Below are positions 1 through 14,600 of a DNA stretch of 64,000 nucleotides, piece after piece (position 1 is the first letter of the stretch; the number at the start of each line of letters is the position of its first letter). This DNA comes from Octopus vulgaris (Eukaryota). The translations under genes were made by a program, and so were the position numbers. The notes under the pieces were generated by a model, which made no database searches, was not told the DNA's origin, and saw nothing but the letters and a program-made list of their open reading frames with translations. The stretch lies in NCBI GenBank assembly GCA_951406725.2, contig OX597825.1:28024001-28088000 (forward strand), in the 5' to 3' direction.

Positions 1-1780
1 ATCACCGGTTTTCGTATTGTGACATCAATTTTATTGATTTCTCAGAACCAGTTAATTAAAAAAAAACCCATTGAAGCCGCATGTAATTACAGGCATAGCT
101 AAACTGTTCATTCCATCAATTTTACTCTTGACATTCAACTTGGTTTTCAGAATAGCTCGTCCTTTACCAAAGCATTCCCCTCTTATAATAATTATTCTCG
201 TTAATGATTGCTTACTTCCATATTCTTCACACACATAATGGTATGTATAACTGCTTTCAAGCTCTAATACTTTTATTTCTGCCTCTCTATCTAGGGTTAT
301 ATTGCATGTATTTGATGTTTTTTCCCTTCACCAACGTAGCATAAGTGCATATTGTCAAGCCTAAATTCCTTTTGGATGTCATCCCTAAATTGTTTCATTG
401 TGTGAAGGAAAGCTCGGTGAATTATTTTCTCACTTCCTTCCATTCCTTTCCGTGAACAGCTTTTTGTAAATGGCTCGTGGGGCCATTCTGTAGTTCCTGC
501 GAGTATTGTAACGCTTCTATCAATTTATTTACTTAATACTTAATAATAATCATATTCAACATAGGGAACATATAAAAAATATAGTAGGCGAATAATAATT
601 TATACGACCGCAGCTTCTTCGATGGTTTATCATTTAATGAATCCTAGAAAAATGAAAGGATAAGTTGACCTAAGTAGGATTCGATCTAAGAGCGTAGAAC
701 ACCAGAGGAAATACTCTATAAGTTGTAGTTGTCGCTAACGATTCTGCCAAAGTAACAGGAAGAAAATACCTCACCAAATTAGATCATTCACGTCAAAATT
801 CAACACTTCTATAATGAAAGGCAAAGACATATCCATGGGATAAATAATGTTTCAAAATATAATATGATCAGTCCTACAATTTCTGATGGGAAGTTTCTTC
901 TTAAAATGAAGTTAAGTAGGTGCTAATTTCACACACTCACAAGAAAGCACCTGATCCATATAGAATTCCAAATTTATTCTTAAGAAATTTTAAATCCCCT
1001 TTACTCGGAAATAGCAAGTATCTTAATTTGAATTACATCATAAATCACCATTGTCGGACACCTAGTTCCGCATGTAATTTCTTAATGAAGAGCTCAGTAC
1101 CATTAAAAATACAATATTACTCAATGCCATGTGCTGTTACTATGTACACGATTGAAACCACGAATTTAGCGACGTGCACATTTACACGCTAACACAGATA
1201 TAATATGATCTCAAGTGAAATGAAATACTGAATAACTAATAAAAACATGTATGTGTACAAAGTCCAGCTAATGAGTGATACAATGTTTACAGACACAGAT
1301 GAAACTACTACAATGAAATTGGGTTGAATTAGTGAAATATGCGACTGTGTACAACGTACTATATGAAGAAAATATGGAAATGCATTGCCTGTAGACATTA
1401 TCTAAATAGTCATAGAAAAAGCTGGTGTACAGAGTTCATTTCTCCATAACGTAAATGAATTTGCTCAGAACAAAATCTTAAAAGCAATCAAAGACAGCAG
1501 CCGAAGCCATTTCAAGTACGTGACCAAATAGAAAGCCTGCGTGATTGAAGAGTAAAATCAAATTTAATGTTAACACGTATAACAAATATAAAAAAAGATA
1601 GCAACACCTAATATTGAATGAGAAGATGAAGCACGTCCTTAACAAACAGCTAACACTGATAAAAAAAAGTCTGTGGTTAAAGAACAGAAAATTTATAGTA
1701 AAATCGGAAATTATCAACACATCCACACGTGACATTACTAAAAGCAATACAGTCCAAATGAAAATATACAAGTTTCATAT

Positions 1781-1990
1781 GGAGAACATTGAAGACGCGT
1801 GGCCTAGTGGTTAGGAGAACATTGAAAGTGCGTGGCCTAGTGGTTAGGAGAACATTGAAGGTGCGTGGCCTAGTGGTTCGACTTGCAATCAGAGAGTCAT
1901 GGATTCAGTTCCTGGGTTAAAGAATGGCCTGTGTCCTCGGGCAAGCTACTTAGATTCATGTTCCTGCAGTCTTACTCAGTTATAATGTAA
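1781..1990 (+). mobile_element. Degenerate tRNA-derived SINE whose head is a 33-bp unit repeated three times
   Basis: GGAGAACATTGAAR(A/G)YGCGTGGCCTAGTGGTT at 1781, 1814 and 1847, then a B-box-like segment and TGTGTCCTCGGGCAAG as in other SINEs of this window. Confidence 0.6.
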
Positions 1991-3891
1991 ATCAGCTGTG
2001 ATGCCAATAAAGACCACGCTTCCTACTCTGGATCAACGCTGGTAAGGTTTAAGAATATCTATGTCTGTGTGAGACTACACAGGCATCTAAGGTAGCAAAG
2101 AAATGCATAGTGATTTTACCAAGGCATGCTAGCTGACGAAAGACGGTTGGCTAGACATACCATGTGGTAAAAAAATCGTAGAATTATTGAAGGCATTCTC
2201 GCAAGCTAACCGTAGAAGTGAGAGCAGACAGATTGTCATCATAGTAGAAATTAACATTTGAATGTTAACACTGGCAAACTATAAGGGTGTATGAAATAGG
2301 CGCTACTTAAAATAGTGGTCACATTATTCTGCATAAGTTACAGAAATATGTGGGGAATGGAAATTCTTACAGACAAAGATTATCATAAATTCGGACAATA
2401 AAACATGTACGTTCATTGTTCTATAACCTCCTATTGTCACAAATACAAGGGATGGGAGTAAGGTAAGTATTGTAGAAGAGATCAGCATCAAGAGGATGTC
2501 TGGTACTGGTCATAGTTTGCGATGTGAGAGTTTATTGGATGTAATACGGCATCAAAGTTACTGAAATAAAAATAAACAAAAGTGTGTCTAGAAGGTTAAT
2601 GTAGTTTTGGGCCAAATGGTATCTAAATATCCCTTCTTTAATCTCAACAAATTGAAGAAAGGATCATCAGATTAATAATCAATTACGGCAAATAAGAGAT
2701 AATCCCGTGATTTTAATTAAATAAAATTACTTTTAAAATCTAGGAAGTTTATCAAAACAGAGAAACATTTTTTAAAATACAGATCCTATAATCACAGCCT
2801 TCACAAATTTCACTGACCATATTTTACGGTGTACTTTTTGGTTTCATGTAGAAGAGACACTGCCCAGAGGATAGTTCGTCCATGTGCTGCTAACGTTCAC
2901 TGCACAGAGGGCCTGTTATGGCGTAACTTCTGTGGAGATATGCACTGAAATTGCAGTGTCGGCCTAAACGCATGAATGAGGATTAGATGTGGTTATTCTT
3001 TGTAAGACATGTCTTACTATAGCATGTCTCTTTTACACAGTGAAGACTGCAACTCAGTGCCTAATCCTTCAAATATACCCCTTTATTAGTGAATACCTCT
3101 GTATTGGTCGGGAAACGTAGTCGGAAAGAATTTTCCAGTTTTCGCTCAGCTTCGACATAAATGAAGAAGCTGGTCTCTAATCAAATATTCTCTGAAAGAG
3201 CTCTTTGGCTATCTTCCGGCTATCAAAAACTTGCTTTCTATCGAGTTGTATTGTCATTTCTAATAGCACTCAACAGGCACGAAAGTGCTGTCGGCAAGGT
3301 CTAATTAGCTTAGAGCAACGAAACTGATATACACAAATAGTTTTTGTGTTCAAATTTTCCTGGCATTTAGAGATTTGGTTTATCGAACACCTGTTATCAT
3401 GTGTATACCACATCTGGCTTATATCGTTTCCATTGAAAATATTGTTCCTTCTTTCTTTGGCCGGAAAATGGCAGTTAGTTGTTGTCTGTTGGCTGGTTGG
3501 ATATGGTGAAAAATGTTTTGTTCTGGACACAGTTGAAAGTATTGAAAGCAAACACTTGCCTTTGCAGCAAATATTTCCAAATTTCACTTCGTGATCAAAG
3601 TGAGAATGAAAAGAGTGAGAGAGTGTTTCCACCAGAAAATTTGTTGAAATATCCTTATAGGTACTGAACGAAACAACTCCCAGTTCGCACTCGAGAGCGG
3701 AGAGAGGGAATTTATTATTACTAGCAGGTCAAATGCTGTATCTAGCGGTACCGTGATTTGTCCCCTGAGTCCTTTTATTCCATGAGTCTTTCTTTCTCTT
3801 CAGACCTTTTACGGTTATTTTATTCTTATCATTTGTACTAAGTTCTTTGAAATAAATGACTTAGTGGCTAACAAAGAAACTTAGCAGAATT

Positions 3892-4072
3892 TAGGAGTGG
3901 ATGTGTGGTAAGTAGTTCAGTCCCACTGCGTGGCACCTTGGGCAAGTGTCTTCCATTGTAGCCTCGGTCAGACCAAAGCCTTGTGAGTGGATTTGGTAGA
4001 CGGAAACTGAAAGAAGCCCGTCGTATATATGTATCACATATGTATGTATATATGTATGTATGTATGTATATA

Positions 4073-4108
<36 letters not shown>

Positions 4109-4380
4109 TGTATGTATGTATGTATGTATGTATGTATGTATGTATGTGTGTATGTGTGTATGTGTATACGTTTGTGTGTCTGTGTTTGTCCCTCCAACAT
4201 TGCTTGACAACCGATACTGGTATGTTTACGTCCCCGTAACTTAGCGGTTCGGCAAGAGACATCGATAGAATAAGTACTAGGCTTACACAGAATAAGTCCT
4301 GGGGTCGATTTGCTCGACTAAAGGCGGTGCTCCAGCATGGCCGCAGTCAAATGACTGGAACAAGTAAAAGAGTAAAAGAG
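3892..4380 (+). mobile_element. SINE family 1 with internal (TATG)n tract
   Basis: Head AGGAGTGG..GTGTGGTAAGTAG..TTCAGTCCCACTGCGTGGCACCTTGGGCAAGTGTCTTC; 3' end GGCGGTGCTCCAGCATGGCCGCAGTCAAATGACT and (GTAAAAGA)2 tail; homologous copies at 10393, 19500 and 58783. Confidence 0.85.
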
Positions 4381-4386
4381 CATTAA

Positions 4387-4600
4387 CGGCAGTGAGCTGG
4401 CGGAGTCGTTAGCACATCAGACAAAACGCTTAATGCCAGTTCTTCCTGCACATTGCGGCTTGAGTTCAAACTCTGCCAGGAACAAATTTGTTTTCCATTC
4501 TTTCGGATCGATGAAATAAACAACCAGTCAACTACTAAAGTCGCTGTAATCGCCTATCTCCCTCTCCTAAATTTCTGGCCTCTGGGAATTTAGAAGAAAG
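4387..4600 (+). mobile_element. SINE family 3, degenerate copy
   Basis: GGCAGTGAGCTGGCGGAGTCGTTAGCAC..GAGTTCAAA, homologous to the copies at 30260 and 60511. Confidence 0.65.
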
Positions 4601-4789
4601 AAAAAACAATTTTTTTTTAACTATTAAACTGGCGAGCTGACATAATTTCAAAGGCGAAATTTCGTTGAGATCGACTGTGCCGTTCATCATTTCGAGTTCG
4701 ATTAAATATGTAGCGTTTGAGTACAGAGGTCGATGTAATCGACTATCCACATCCCCTAAAATTCAGGCCTTGTGCCTAGAGCAGAAATG

Positions 4790-4805
4790 TTTATTATTAT
4801 TATTA

Positions 4806-4866
<61 letters not shown>

Positions 4867-4873
4867 CATTATT
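4790..4873. repeat. (ATT)n microsatellite
   Basis: Direct reading. Confidence 0.95.
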
Positions 4874-4875
4874 GG

Positions 4876-5060
4876 GAAAGCGGTGATCTGGCTGAATCGT
4901 TAGCACACTGGTTAAAATGCTTAGCAGTATTTCGCCCGTTGCTACGTTCTGAGTTCAAATTCCGGCGACATCGACTTTGCATTTCATCCTTTCAGGGTCG
5001 ATGTTATCGACTCATCCCCACTCCCCCAAAGTTGCTGTTCTTGTCGTAAATATTGTAAAT
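4876..5060 (+). mobile_element. SINE family 3 copy
   Basis: GCGGTGATCTGGCTGAATCGTTAGCAC..TTCTGAGTTCAAATTCCGGCGAC..GACTTTGCATTTCATCCTTTC. Confidence 0.75.
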
Positions 5061-5972
5061 GATTATTATTATTATTTGTACAGTAAGTCAGCAGACATGA
5101 TACATAAGTAATTTCCCACTACTTTTTTTTTTTTTGCTCACACTTAAAACTAGCAATCACAACTACAAAATCTTATCTATCCACTAACACAAATAGTCTG
5201 CTTGTCTGCTAGTCAAAATTAATTTGAATATTTTCCTCTCTAATTATCAGTTTTGTCATTTCCAGTCTCAATTTTAAATTATAGTATCTTGCAACGTCAG
5301 GAATTATATTATATTTATTCTTTTTTTATGCTTTATCAATTCACTTTTTTTTTCAAATTTGTAAGTAAAAATATTTAGTTATCTCTCGATAATCCCTTCC
5401 CCAGCCAACATCTTAGATGATACTCTTTCCGCTATGGCTGTACATGTTTTGCGAACGTCTGTTATAGTATGTCAGACTGAGCGACTTACGCTGTCTAGTT
5501 TCAAATTTCTGTTGCATGTTGATATTTCACATTACGTGATAAAGATGCATTATGCCAATAGAGAAAGAACCGGTTTCTGACCTAGATCCGAAGCTCCTTC
5601 ATTGGAATTTAAACATCAGCAACAAGGTATTTTTGTTTGTTTGTATTTATGTGTGTCTGTATGTATATGTGCAAATTTGTATGTTTGTGCTATGTATGTA
5701 TTCTCGTGCATGTGTTATGTATGTATTCTCATGCATATAGTTGCATATCTAGACACGCTCATATATATTTAAATAATAAACATCCGGTAGGTTTTACACA
5801 TTTTTACAGTTCCAGTGATGGATTGGATCTGTAGTCTTCCAATTAGCTTTCTCCGTTCTGGTTTTGAGAAGATTATTTCTCAAGATTAGTATTTAGGCAA
5901 TGTATGTGTGTATGTATGTATGTATATATGAATGTATGGGTATGCGCGTATACATATACATACATACATATG

Positions 5973-6235
5973 CACGAGGTTTAGTTGAAAAATTCATCTG
6001 CTGACCAAGATACTCTCATAGAATGTTACCAAATGAGGTTCATTTTTCAACATAGTCCTCTTTGTGGTCCACACAGTGCTTCGATTCCATTGGTGAAGAA
6101 GCGTTCATGCTGTTTGTCAAAAACGTCACCAACAGCAGATATGACGTCATCATCAATGCGATACTCCTTGCAGCCACGTGTTGTTTCATGTTGGGAAACA
6201 GATAATAGTGATATAGGGGACAAATCAAGAGAATA
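5973..6235 (-). mobile_element. Mariner (Tc1/mariner) transposase C-terminal remnant with probable terminal repeat
   Basis: The minus strand reads, with frameshifts, YHYYLFPNMKQHVAA..YRIDDDVISAVGDVFDKQHERFFTNGIEAL..CVDHKEDYVEK*. This matches the mariner C-terminal pattern (SDYHLF..F+..GI..L..RW.KC....GDYVEK). CACGAGGTTTAGTTGAAAAATTC lies at the edge next to a TA-rich flank. Confidence 0.7.
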
Positions 6236-7244
6236 GAGAGGGTGATCAACCAGTTCAAAATACTTTTCGTCTGTGATGGGATATTATGTTTTGTTTTATT
6301 TCTATGCAAACCGTTAAATTTAGCCCGAATACTTTATGCATGTGAAATACAAAATCAGCCAAGGGCCTTCTTTTCAAAAACGTGTTCTAAAATTTATATA
6401 CACCAGTCATTCTACTCACCTCATTGCCGGTTACTGGCGTTCTCACTGAACTTTATTAACGAAAAGACAAAATGCGGTTTGCATCTCTATTTGCCATAGT
6501 GTTGGACAACATGAAAATTTGGAAAACTAATTGAATTTTATTAAACAATTATTCAACTATATTTTATCCACTAATAAAGCAATGAGAAGCATCGCTTTAA
6601 AAGGTACTGTGAAATAGATATCAATGTTGCGGAGGATGAAACGTGGCAAAAGACTTTAAAATTATGTATAAGACCAAGAATTTGTGGGACTGGATTACTT
6701 CACTATAACTTTGTTATGACGATCTGGAAAGGATGATAAGCCAAGAAGACCCATGCGAGATTTGAATTCAGAAAGTAGAGAGCCGAAGCAAACACGAACC
6801 CTCTGAAGATTCTGCGAATGTGAAGTAAAAGAATGCAAAAAATAAAAAAATTGGAATCGATGAAGTATAAGGGAAAATAGTAATATATGAAATCTTCTAT
6901 GCAGTTTTCGATGGATAATATGAATCTATGTGGATGCAACAATTTTACATCTAACGCCTAATCTCAAATCAAATCGTGATCCACACAGTTGAAATCCAAG
7001 TTATATTAATGAATACTTTTCATCTTTTTTTCTTGGCCGATGTTGTATATATCTAATTCCTCCAGATATGGTATATCCAAAGCAGTGAAGAGTAAATGAT
7101 GAATTATCGAAGCGCTTATCATAAACTTTCAGGACTGATTCATGTCTGTGTTCAAACATAGAGCTATGCAATACAAACTTTTTGCGCTGTTTGTCTGTCT
7201 GTCTGTCTTTCTGTCAATCTCCACCACCCCTTCTCTCTCTCACC

Positions 7245-7286
<42 letters not shown>

Positions 7287-7476
7287 TAATCCTTACATGC
7301 GTGTTAATACATAAGTGCATTATACACACGTACACGCATATATACCAATGAAGTTTATATAAATATATATATGCACACAGACTCTTACAGATATTTACAT
7401 ATAATATATATTATATATGCAATATAGAATCCATATATAATTGGTTTTGTGTGCTACATATACATATGTGTGTATG

Positions 7477-7512
<36 letters not shown>

Positions 7513-7571
7513 CGTGTGTGTGAGTGTGAGTGTGTGTATGTGTGCACATTTATACATACATATATATGTAT

Positions 7572-7639
<68 letters not shown>

Positions 7640-8084
7640 GTGTGTGTGTATATATATATATATATACCCTTTTCGCCCTATCATCGTCTTTAAGTTACTG
7701 CATAGAATTTATCAATTTTTGGAAGTTGCCAGAAGCATGTGATGTATTGAAATTACAATTGCGTAAGAAATGCTGCAGAACTTTTGGAGCATCGATATCC
7801 CATGTTTGAAATATTTTATCATTATTGAATACGTTGCTCTTGATGCAAATTTGTTGTACCCGCAAATCAGTGATGAAAGATAATTCCGATGATTAAATGC
7901 ATCCCATAGATAACTGTTCCGTTTCTTCCCCAGATACAAGGGATTCAGGATCAAGCGATTCAAGTAAGTCTCCTTTTAATAACAAAACAGTTGTGTGTAA
8001 ATTGCGGGATAATTAGCTGCCAATTGAATCATGAATGCTAGGCATCAGAATAGGGAGTGAATCAGTGTGATAATCAAATGTTAG

Positions 8085-8297
8085 TCTTTTACTCTTTTAC
8101 TTGTTTCAATCATTTGACTGTGGCCATGCTGGAGCACCGCCTTTAGTCGATTAAATCGACCCCAAGACTTATTCTTTGTAAGCCTAGTAATTATTATATT
8201 GGTCTCTTTTGCCGAACCCCTAGTTTATTAAACATACACCAGCATCGGTTGTCAAGCGATGTTGGGGGGACAAACCCAGACACACAAACACACACAC

Positions 8298-8300
<3 letters not shown>
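8085..8300 (-). mobile_element. SINE family 1, 3' half
   Basis: Reverse complement of the 4180-4380 segment (CTTTTACTCTTTTACTTGTTTC..GGCCATGCTGGAGCACCGCC). Confidence 0.8.
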
Positions 8301-8341
<41 letters not shown>

Positions 8342-8546
8342 AATATTAAATATATATAATATAATATAAATATTAAAATAACTAAGTCTCTAAAAGAGAA
8401 CAGCGGCAGCGTTCCCGGAAAATAATAGTTATCGCCATACTAATATGGCATTCTTATAAAAATAAGAAAAAAGCTGTCCGCTTATTAGCTCCATGAGGCC
8501 ATCGCCTTAAGTTAGCTATTTGATACACAAACTGTATCCATAATAC

Positions 8547-8651
<105 letters not shown>

Positions 8652-9916
8652 TATGGCGTGTAGTAAAGATGTAAGATTTGTACATACAAAACTGTAGCAC
8701 GATTTCATTCTCTAATTGAAACCAACTAATTTAGCAAGAGTGGTTTCCTAAAACATTTATATTTTGTACTGCTATCACAGCAATACTTTCCATTTGTATT
8801 TTAATTACTAGATTTCTAGAAGTCATAAAGTCGCATGACTTAGTTGTTAGTGTGTCGGGATTATGATAGTAAAAGTGTGGTTTCGATTCCTGGACCAAGT
8901 GATTCATTGTGTTCTTGAGCAAAACACTTCATTTCAACACGTTGCTCCAATAAAAGTGAGTAATACGACGATGAACTAGCATCCCGTCCAAGGAGGAATT
9001 TATATGCTAGAGCAACTGGGAAACCGGCCCCATTCTCCTTTGATGTAATGTGATTAAACCAGGATTCATAATGCCCGTTACTCGGTTTCTATGAAGTTTA
9101 AGTAAACAACGTAACATAATTTCCATTGAACTATGTGCCGGTCTGTTGTAGGGTACATGACCGGTGAATTTAAAGTGGCAGAGAGAGTAGATTCACCAAC
9201 TGCAGTACTTGACTGCTACTTTATTTTATTGACACCGATTGGATGAAAGGAAAAGTTGACATCGGTGAGTTCGGACTCAGAAGGTAAAGAGTCGGAAGAA
9301 ATACCACTTACGATTCTGTAAGCTCACTGCCTTTCTTCAAAATTTGTCCTTTAAACTGGCTGCATATAATATTGTTTAAGTTTCTAGAATAAAAACTATC
9401 AACTTAATGAATCTGCTGCTTGCAAAAATTTCACCATAAAAATGTAGAGACCACTGGGTGTAATATTCCATTCATTTGAAGTTGACGGGACCGTTTTATT
9501 ATTCCTTTTGTTAATGGAGTATGTCCCCAGATTGAGGGTGGCATAACATTAACTGAAACGGGCGGCCTGGGAATGTTAGCTGGGCCTTCCGCAGCTGCAA
9601 CACATTAGTGTCAACACGATCGTTAGCTACCACATTCAAGCTAACCAATGCGCAGATTTCCAGCTAACAGCTTCCAGTATATCAGGTTTGCCTCCATTGT
9701 AACTCTTTCATCACCAATTGACATTGCTTTTTCATGCGCGGAAAATTCGCTCCTATTTTAGGAGTCCATACACCGGCGAACAAATATAAGTGTGATCGAT
9801 GTAAATTACATTTATTTCATGATTGCTTTTATTTTTTACTTGCCTTGTTGCAAAGCAGCATGCAGCAGTACGAAGAAAATATGATCGCGATATAAGGTGG
9901 TGATATATGTATATAT

Positions 9917-9951
<35 letters not shown>

Positions 9952-10009
9952 TATATGGGGGAAGTATGCGTGTGTGTTTTTGTGTATGTATATATATATG
10001 AGTATTTGT

Positions 10010-10355
10010 GGAGGCGCAATGGCCCAGTGGTTAGGGCAGCGGACTCGCGGTCGTAGGATCGCGGTTTCGATTCCCAGACCGGGCGTTGTGAGTGTTTATT
10101 GAACGAAAACACCTAAAGCTCCACGAGGCTCCGGCAGGGATGGCGGTGATCCCTGCTGTACTCTTTCACCACAACTTTCTCTTACTTCCTGTTTCTGTTG
10201 TACATGTATTTCAAAGGGCCGGCCTTGTCACTCTCTGTGTCACGCTGAATATCCCCGAGAACTACGTTAAGGGTACACGTTAATTTCACGAGCAGGCTGT
10301 TCCATTGATCGGATCAACCGGAACCCCCGTCGTCGGAACCGACGGAGTGCTTCCA
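10010..10355 (+). mobile_element. SINE family 2 (tRNA-like head)
   Basis: GGAGGCGCAATGGCCCAGTGGTTAGGGCAGCGGACTCGCGG..GGTTTCGATTCCC has Pol III A/B-box-like motifs; a reverse copy lies at 59130-59351. Confidence 0.85.
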
Positions 10356-10392
10356 TATGAGTATTTATTTACTTATACATATATATACATAT

Positions 10393-10725
10393 AGGCGTAG
10401 GAGTGGTTGTGTGATAAGTAGCTTGCTTACCATCCACATGGTCCCGGGTTCAGTCCCACTGCGTGGCACCTTGGGCAAGTGTCTTCTACTCTAGCCTGGG
10501 GCCGATCAAAGCCTTGTGAGTGGATTTGGTAGGCGGAAACTGAAAGAAGCCAGTCGTATATATGTACATATATGTATATGTATGAGGGTGTATATATGTT
10601 TGTGCGTCTGTGTTTCTTCCCCCAAACATCGCAAAGAATAAGTCATGGGGTCGATTTGCTAGACTAAAGGCGGTGCTTCAGCATGGCCACAGTCAAATGA
10701 CTGAAACAAGTAAAATAGTAAAGAG
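10393..10725 (+). mobile_element. SINE family 1 copy with internal deletion
   Basis: Homologous to 3892-4380. Confidence 0.85.
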
Positions 10726-11396
10726 TATATATGTATATGTGTAAGTATGTATGTATTCCGACGTGTGTACTTGCGTGTATGTGTGTAAACCTTTAGACAG
10801 AGACATATATATCAGTTGAATTGATATATATTTCGATAATGAGAAGAATAATTAATTGGTAACATGAGGCAGAAATTCAGACAAATCTATTCGAATGAAG
10901 AACTCAGTTCCTCTCTATCTTTTGCTAAAGAAAACTTATGTAACTAAACTATATCCGCGTAAGATTAATCATCGCATGTATCTGGTAATTGAATGACAAC
11001 TTTGAATAATACTTCATAATCATTGCTATTCTTCAGTTCATTCCGTAGGCGATATATTCCTGTACATTGTCTTGCATTCTTACTTCACCCAAAATTTCTT
11101 AATGAAGTAAATTTCTTAAAGTATCTCATTTAAATCATAGTTACACCACTTTGCAGTGTTTAAGCTTCTGGCAATTTGAGATGCCAACATGGTTAGTGGA
11201 AAACATTCCTTCTTCTCAGAAACACTAATGTATGACGTTAAGAAAAGTAATCTTGGTTATTAATGTCTTAGACTATATCTTTTCATTTTTGTGGATTTTA
11301 ATTAAGGATGTGATGTCGCCATAAGATGTTCAAATGTCACTCTCATCTAGGTGAACAGTTCCTTGTCAATCATTCACCAATATATATGTAACTATA

Positions 11397-11600
11397 AGGC
11401 AGCAAGTTGACAGGGTCGTTAGCACCCCGGGGGAAATGCTTAGCGACATTTCGTCCGTCATTACGTTCTGAGTTCAAATTCTGCCCAGGTCGATTTTGCC
11501 TATCCATCCCTTTCGAAATCGATAAAATGAGTACCAGTAATGCACTGGGGTCGACGTAATCGACTTGTCCACAATTGCTGGCCTTATGCCAAAACTTAAA
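11397..11600 (+). mobile_element. SINE family 3 copy
   Basis: Homologous to 30260-30495. Confidence 0.75.
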
Positions 11601-14600
11601 CATAATATATATGTAAATATGAGGCGCGTTCCAGACGTTTTGAGATTTTTTTCAGGAGACATTCATTTATTTCAAATGAGTTTAAAGCTCTAATCTCATA
11701 CAAAGTGGGACCCACTTGTAGGGCTCCAGCTGCTTCTTAAAAACCCCAAGAAGTCTTCTTAAATGAAGGAGTCGATGACATTTGTCACAGCCTCCATCTT
11801 CCCAGTGTCTTCTTAGGTTCACCTTCAGGGTGGTAGAAGTTGTTGAAGTCTCAAGGAACAAGGCTTAGACTATAGTGAGGGTGAGTGACACGTTTTATAA
11901 TCTTCTCTATTAAGTGGTTACTTGCCAGGAAGGAATTGGTAAAAGCAGAGTTTAGTAACTGTGACAAACAGAGTTCAGTAGGATGTGTTCAAAATACTGG
12001 TGCAGCTGTCCCCAAATAATTTGATGTACGCATACTTTACAGCCTGAAATTTTACGTACCTTCGCTCATCTATATTCTATATGTGCGGTGTTTGTGCGTA
12101 TGTATGTATGTGTGTGTGTGTGTGTATATATATGTATATACATACACACACAAACACATATACAAACACACACATATGTGTATATATATACGCAAGCAGA
12201 ATTTTTGACAGTGGGTGTACTTATTACTAACTATCGCAACTTGATGTTTTGTTGTTTTTTTTAATTGTCCTATATTAATATTTCTTATCCCGATGTTGAG
12301 AGATAAACAAAATACATTTTTATACTGAATATAAACGAACGTAAATTTTGCCTTTCTTTTTTGGCTGGTTGCAATGATACCGTATACGCCGATACTTTCT
12401 AACGCCTGAATAATAGAATATTTTCATCACACACATTTGTGTAAAAATGTGTGAGTGTGCTTTCGGAAAACTGTCGCTGTAACGTTATATTAGTGCGAGC
12501 ACCAAACAAGACTAGTTGTCAGCCATAATGCGATTATCAACGAAATTAAATGCTGAGAGTTAAGCTGCTAATCTCTGTGATTAATCTTGTGTATGGTGTT
12601 GATTTTGTTGTGTAGTTTTGAACGTGTTTCTGCTTTCGTATTTAAATTCATGAGAGGTCATGTAAGCTTAATTTGAAACATTAATACCGACTCGATATGA
12701 TTCTACACATCCTAATTTGATTTTACTTTAACGAACGGGAAAATAAATATGAACACAGTAGCATTTGAGAATAGTCTAAGTCAGTTGCTGTTTAGTTTTA
12801 CCGACTATTTGCAAGCCTATTAATAGTGGTTGGATGAATGCGTTTGACTTCTATTTCTGGATGACCTTCCAATACATACAAGTAGTTGGTGTCCACCTCG
12901 ATACCGATACTGTTGATTCAGTACACCGCTACTGTTGAATCACTGTTCAGCACATCCTCGCAGCCTCTTGAAAAGATTATTCTAATTGTTTTGCGGTTCT
13001 TCTCACATCTACCTGCTACTTCAAACTTTGTACTGTACCTGTTAGCTTCCTTGAAGCCAGAAAACTGTTTATCGTTTGGTTTCTGGGTTTTCTGTTATTA
13101 AACCTTCTTGTGCACAGTCAACAGTGTGAATCAGAACAATTACATACCTATTCATTGTCAATGCTTACTGTATATACTTATCATCCGCAGTATACAATTT
13201 ACACTCATCCATATAGGAACAACAGCTTATTTTCCTTTAGTAGTATTTACTATTTAGATGTGCGTCCAAGATAGGTGAACCTATTGTGTAAAGTTATCTC
13301 TGGTTTTCCTTAGTTTAGTTAGTTTTTTTTCCGCGATTGGTTTTTTTTTCTTGACTTCTTTCTCTTTACCTTCTCATCTTCATCTCTTTCCCTTGTTGAC
13401 ATTACTGTTTGTTCCAAATGATCACTCTAAAAAAAGCGCCTAGATTATATTTCCATGAATATACCCGATGATAGAACGGCTTCTCCATTAATATCAGTTA
13501 GGAAAGACTTTTCGGTATTGGCAACTCATACCTTTGTAAAACTCTTAATTGTTTTGTTTATTAATGATTCAATATAGCCACAAGAGGAATAGAGAGAGTA
13601 ACTTCACCTCTACTATTAACTTGAAGGAAGTCTCTCTATGTGTTCTCGCAAGATATGAAGTAAATTCTGGCAGATTACGGCATCTACAGAAACTTGTTTC
13701 TAATCATGAAGATAGAGGACATGATAGGAAGGGATTCAGAAAGAATGACCCATGTAGCTGCCGTTTAATTAGCGCCGTAAAATATTGGGAAACAGATACC
13801 AGAGCTATAACAGAAATACCGATAAGGACATTGATTTACAAATTTTCATCAAATTTAAGGCAAAGTAAGAGCAGATTTTATATGCTGGAGTCAGTTCAGA
13901 AACATCATAGCCAGATTAGTCAGTATTGGCAGGAAACCACATAGCTGTATTGGTCAGTAGGTGATGGAACGAACCATGATGGTCAATAACATGCGGGTCT
14001 ATAAAAAAAGTCACATGTTATCATAAAAGTCACATGAGGGCTTTCAGTCCAGAATAAGTAGAACTGGAGAAGGAGAAAGGTAGCAGCATCAGGTCCTAAT
14101 GATGAAGAGGGTGATTCTGGTTATCTCTGTTTCCACAGCACCACCGATTGCAGTTTCGAAAATCCAGAGTAGTAGGATATGAAATCGCATCGTTCTCAAT
14201 CACATCAGGGATTGAAAATAAAGTGGCACACAGATAATCAATGGAATAGATCCTTCAAACACATATATTGGCTTGAGAATTGACCAGGAGTATCAGGCAA
14301 CTCTCTTGCAAAAATGGTGAGGGAGAAATGTGGAAAACTTTGAACAACCTCAATAAGAAGGAAGCCAACCTTAAAAATGGCTGAGCCTCGTTAAATGGTA
14401 ACGTAGGCCTTCGAAGTCCTTCATTTTTATTTGTCAGGTCACATAAATGTAGTGACCCCATGGTTTCCGAGTCAACAGAAAAACACATTTATTGCCATGT
14501 TCGATTAGTTGAAGGAAAATGAGAAAAGTAGAATTTTGATGGCGGAGGAGAAGGTGGGATAGTAAATGCAATCCATATGCAGCTAAAGAGCTATTAGTCC

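Noticed and set aside
3100-3660. Transposase remnant or coding exon
   Set aside because: Overlapping short ORFs with no motif that I can recognise with confidence.
10010-10085. tRNA gene
   Set aside because: It has A/B-box-like motifs but no proper cloverleaf, and continues into a SINE body repeated at 59130-59351.
11620-12070. Old mariner-like DNA transposon relic
   Set aside because: Composition and ends are suggestive, but I could not read a diagnostic transposase motif or paired TIRs.
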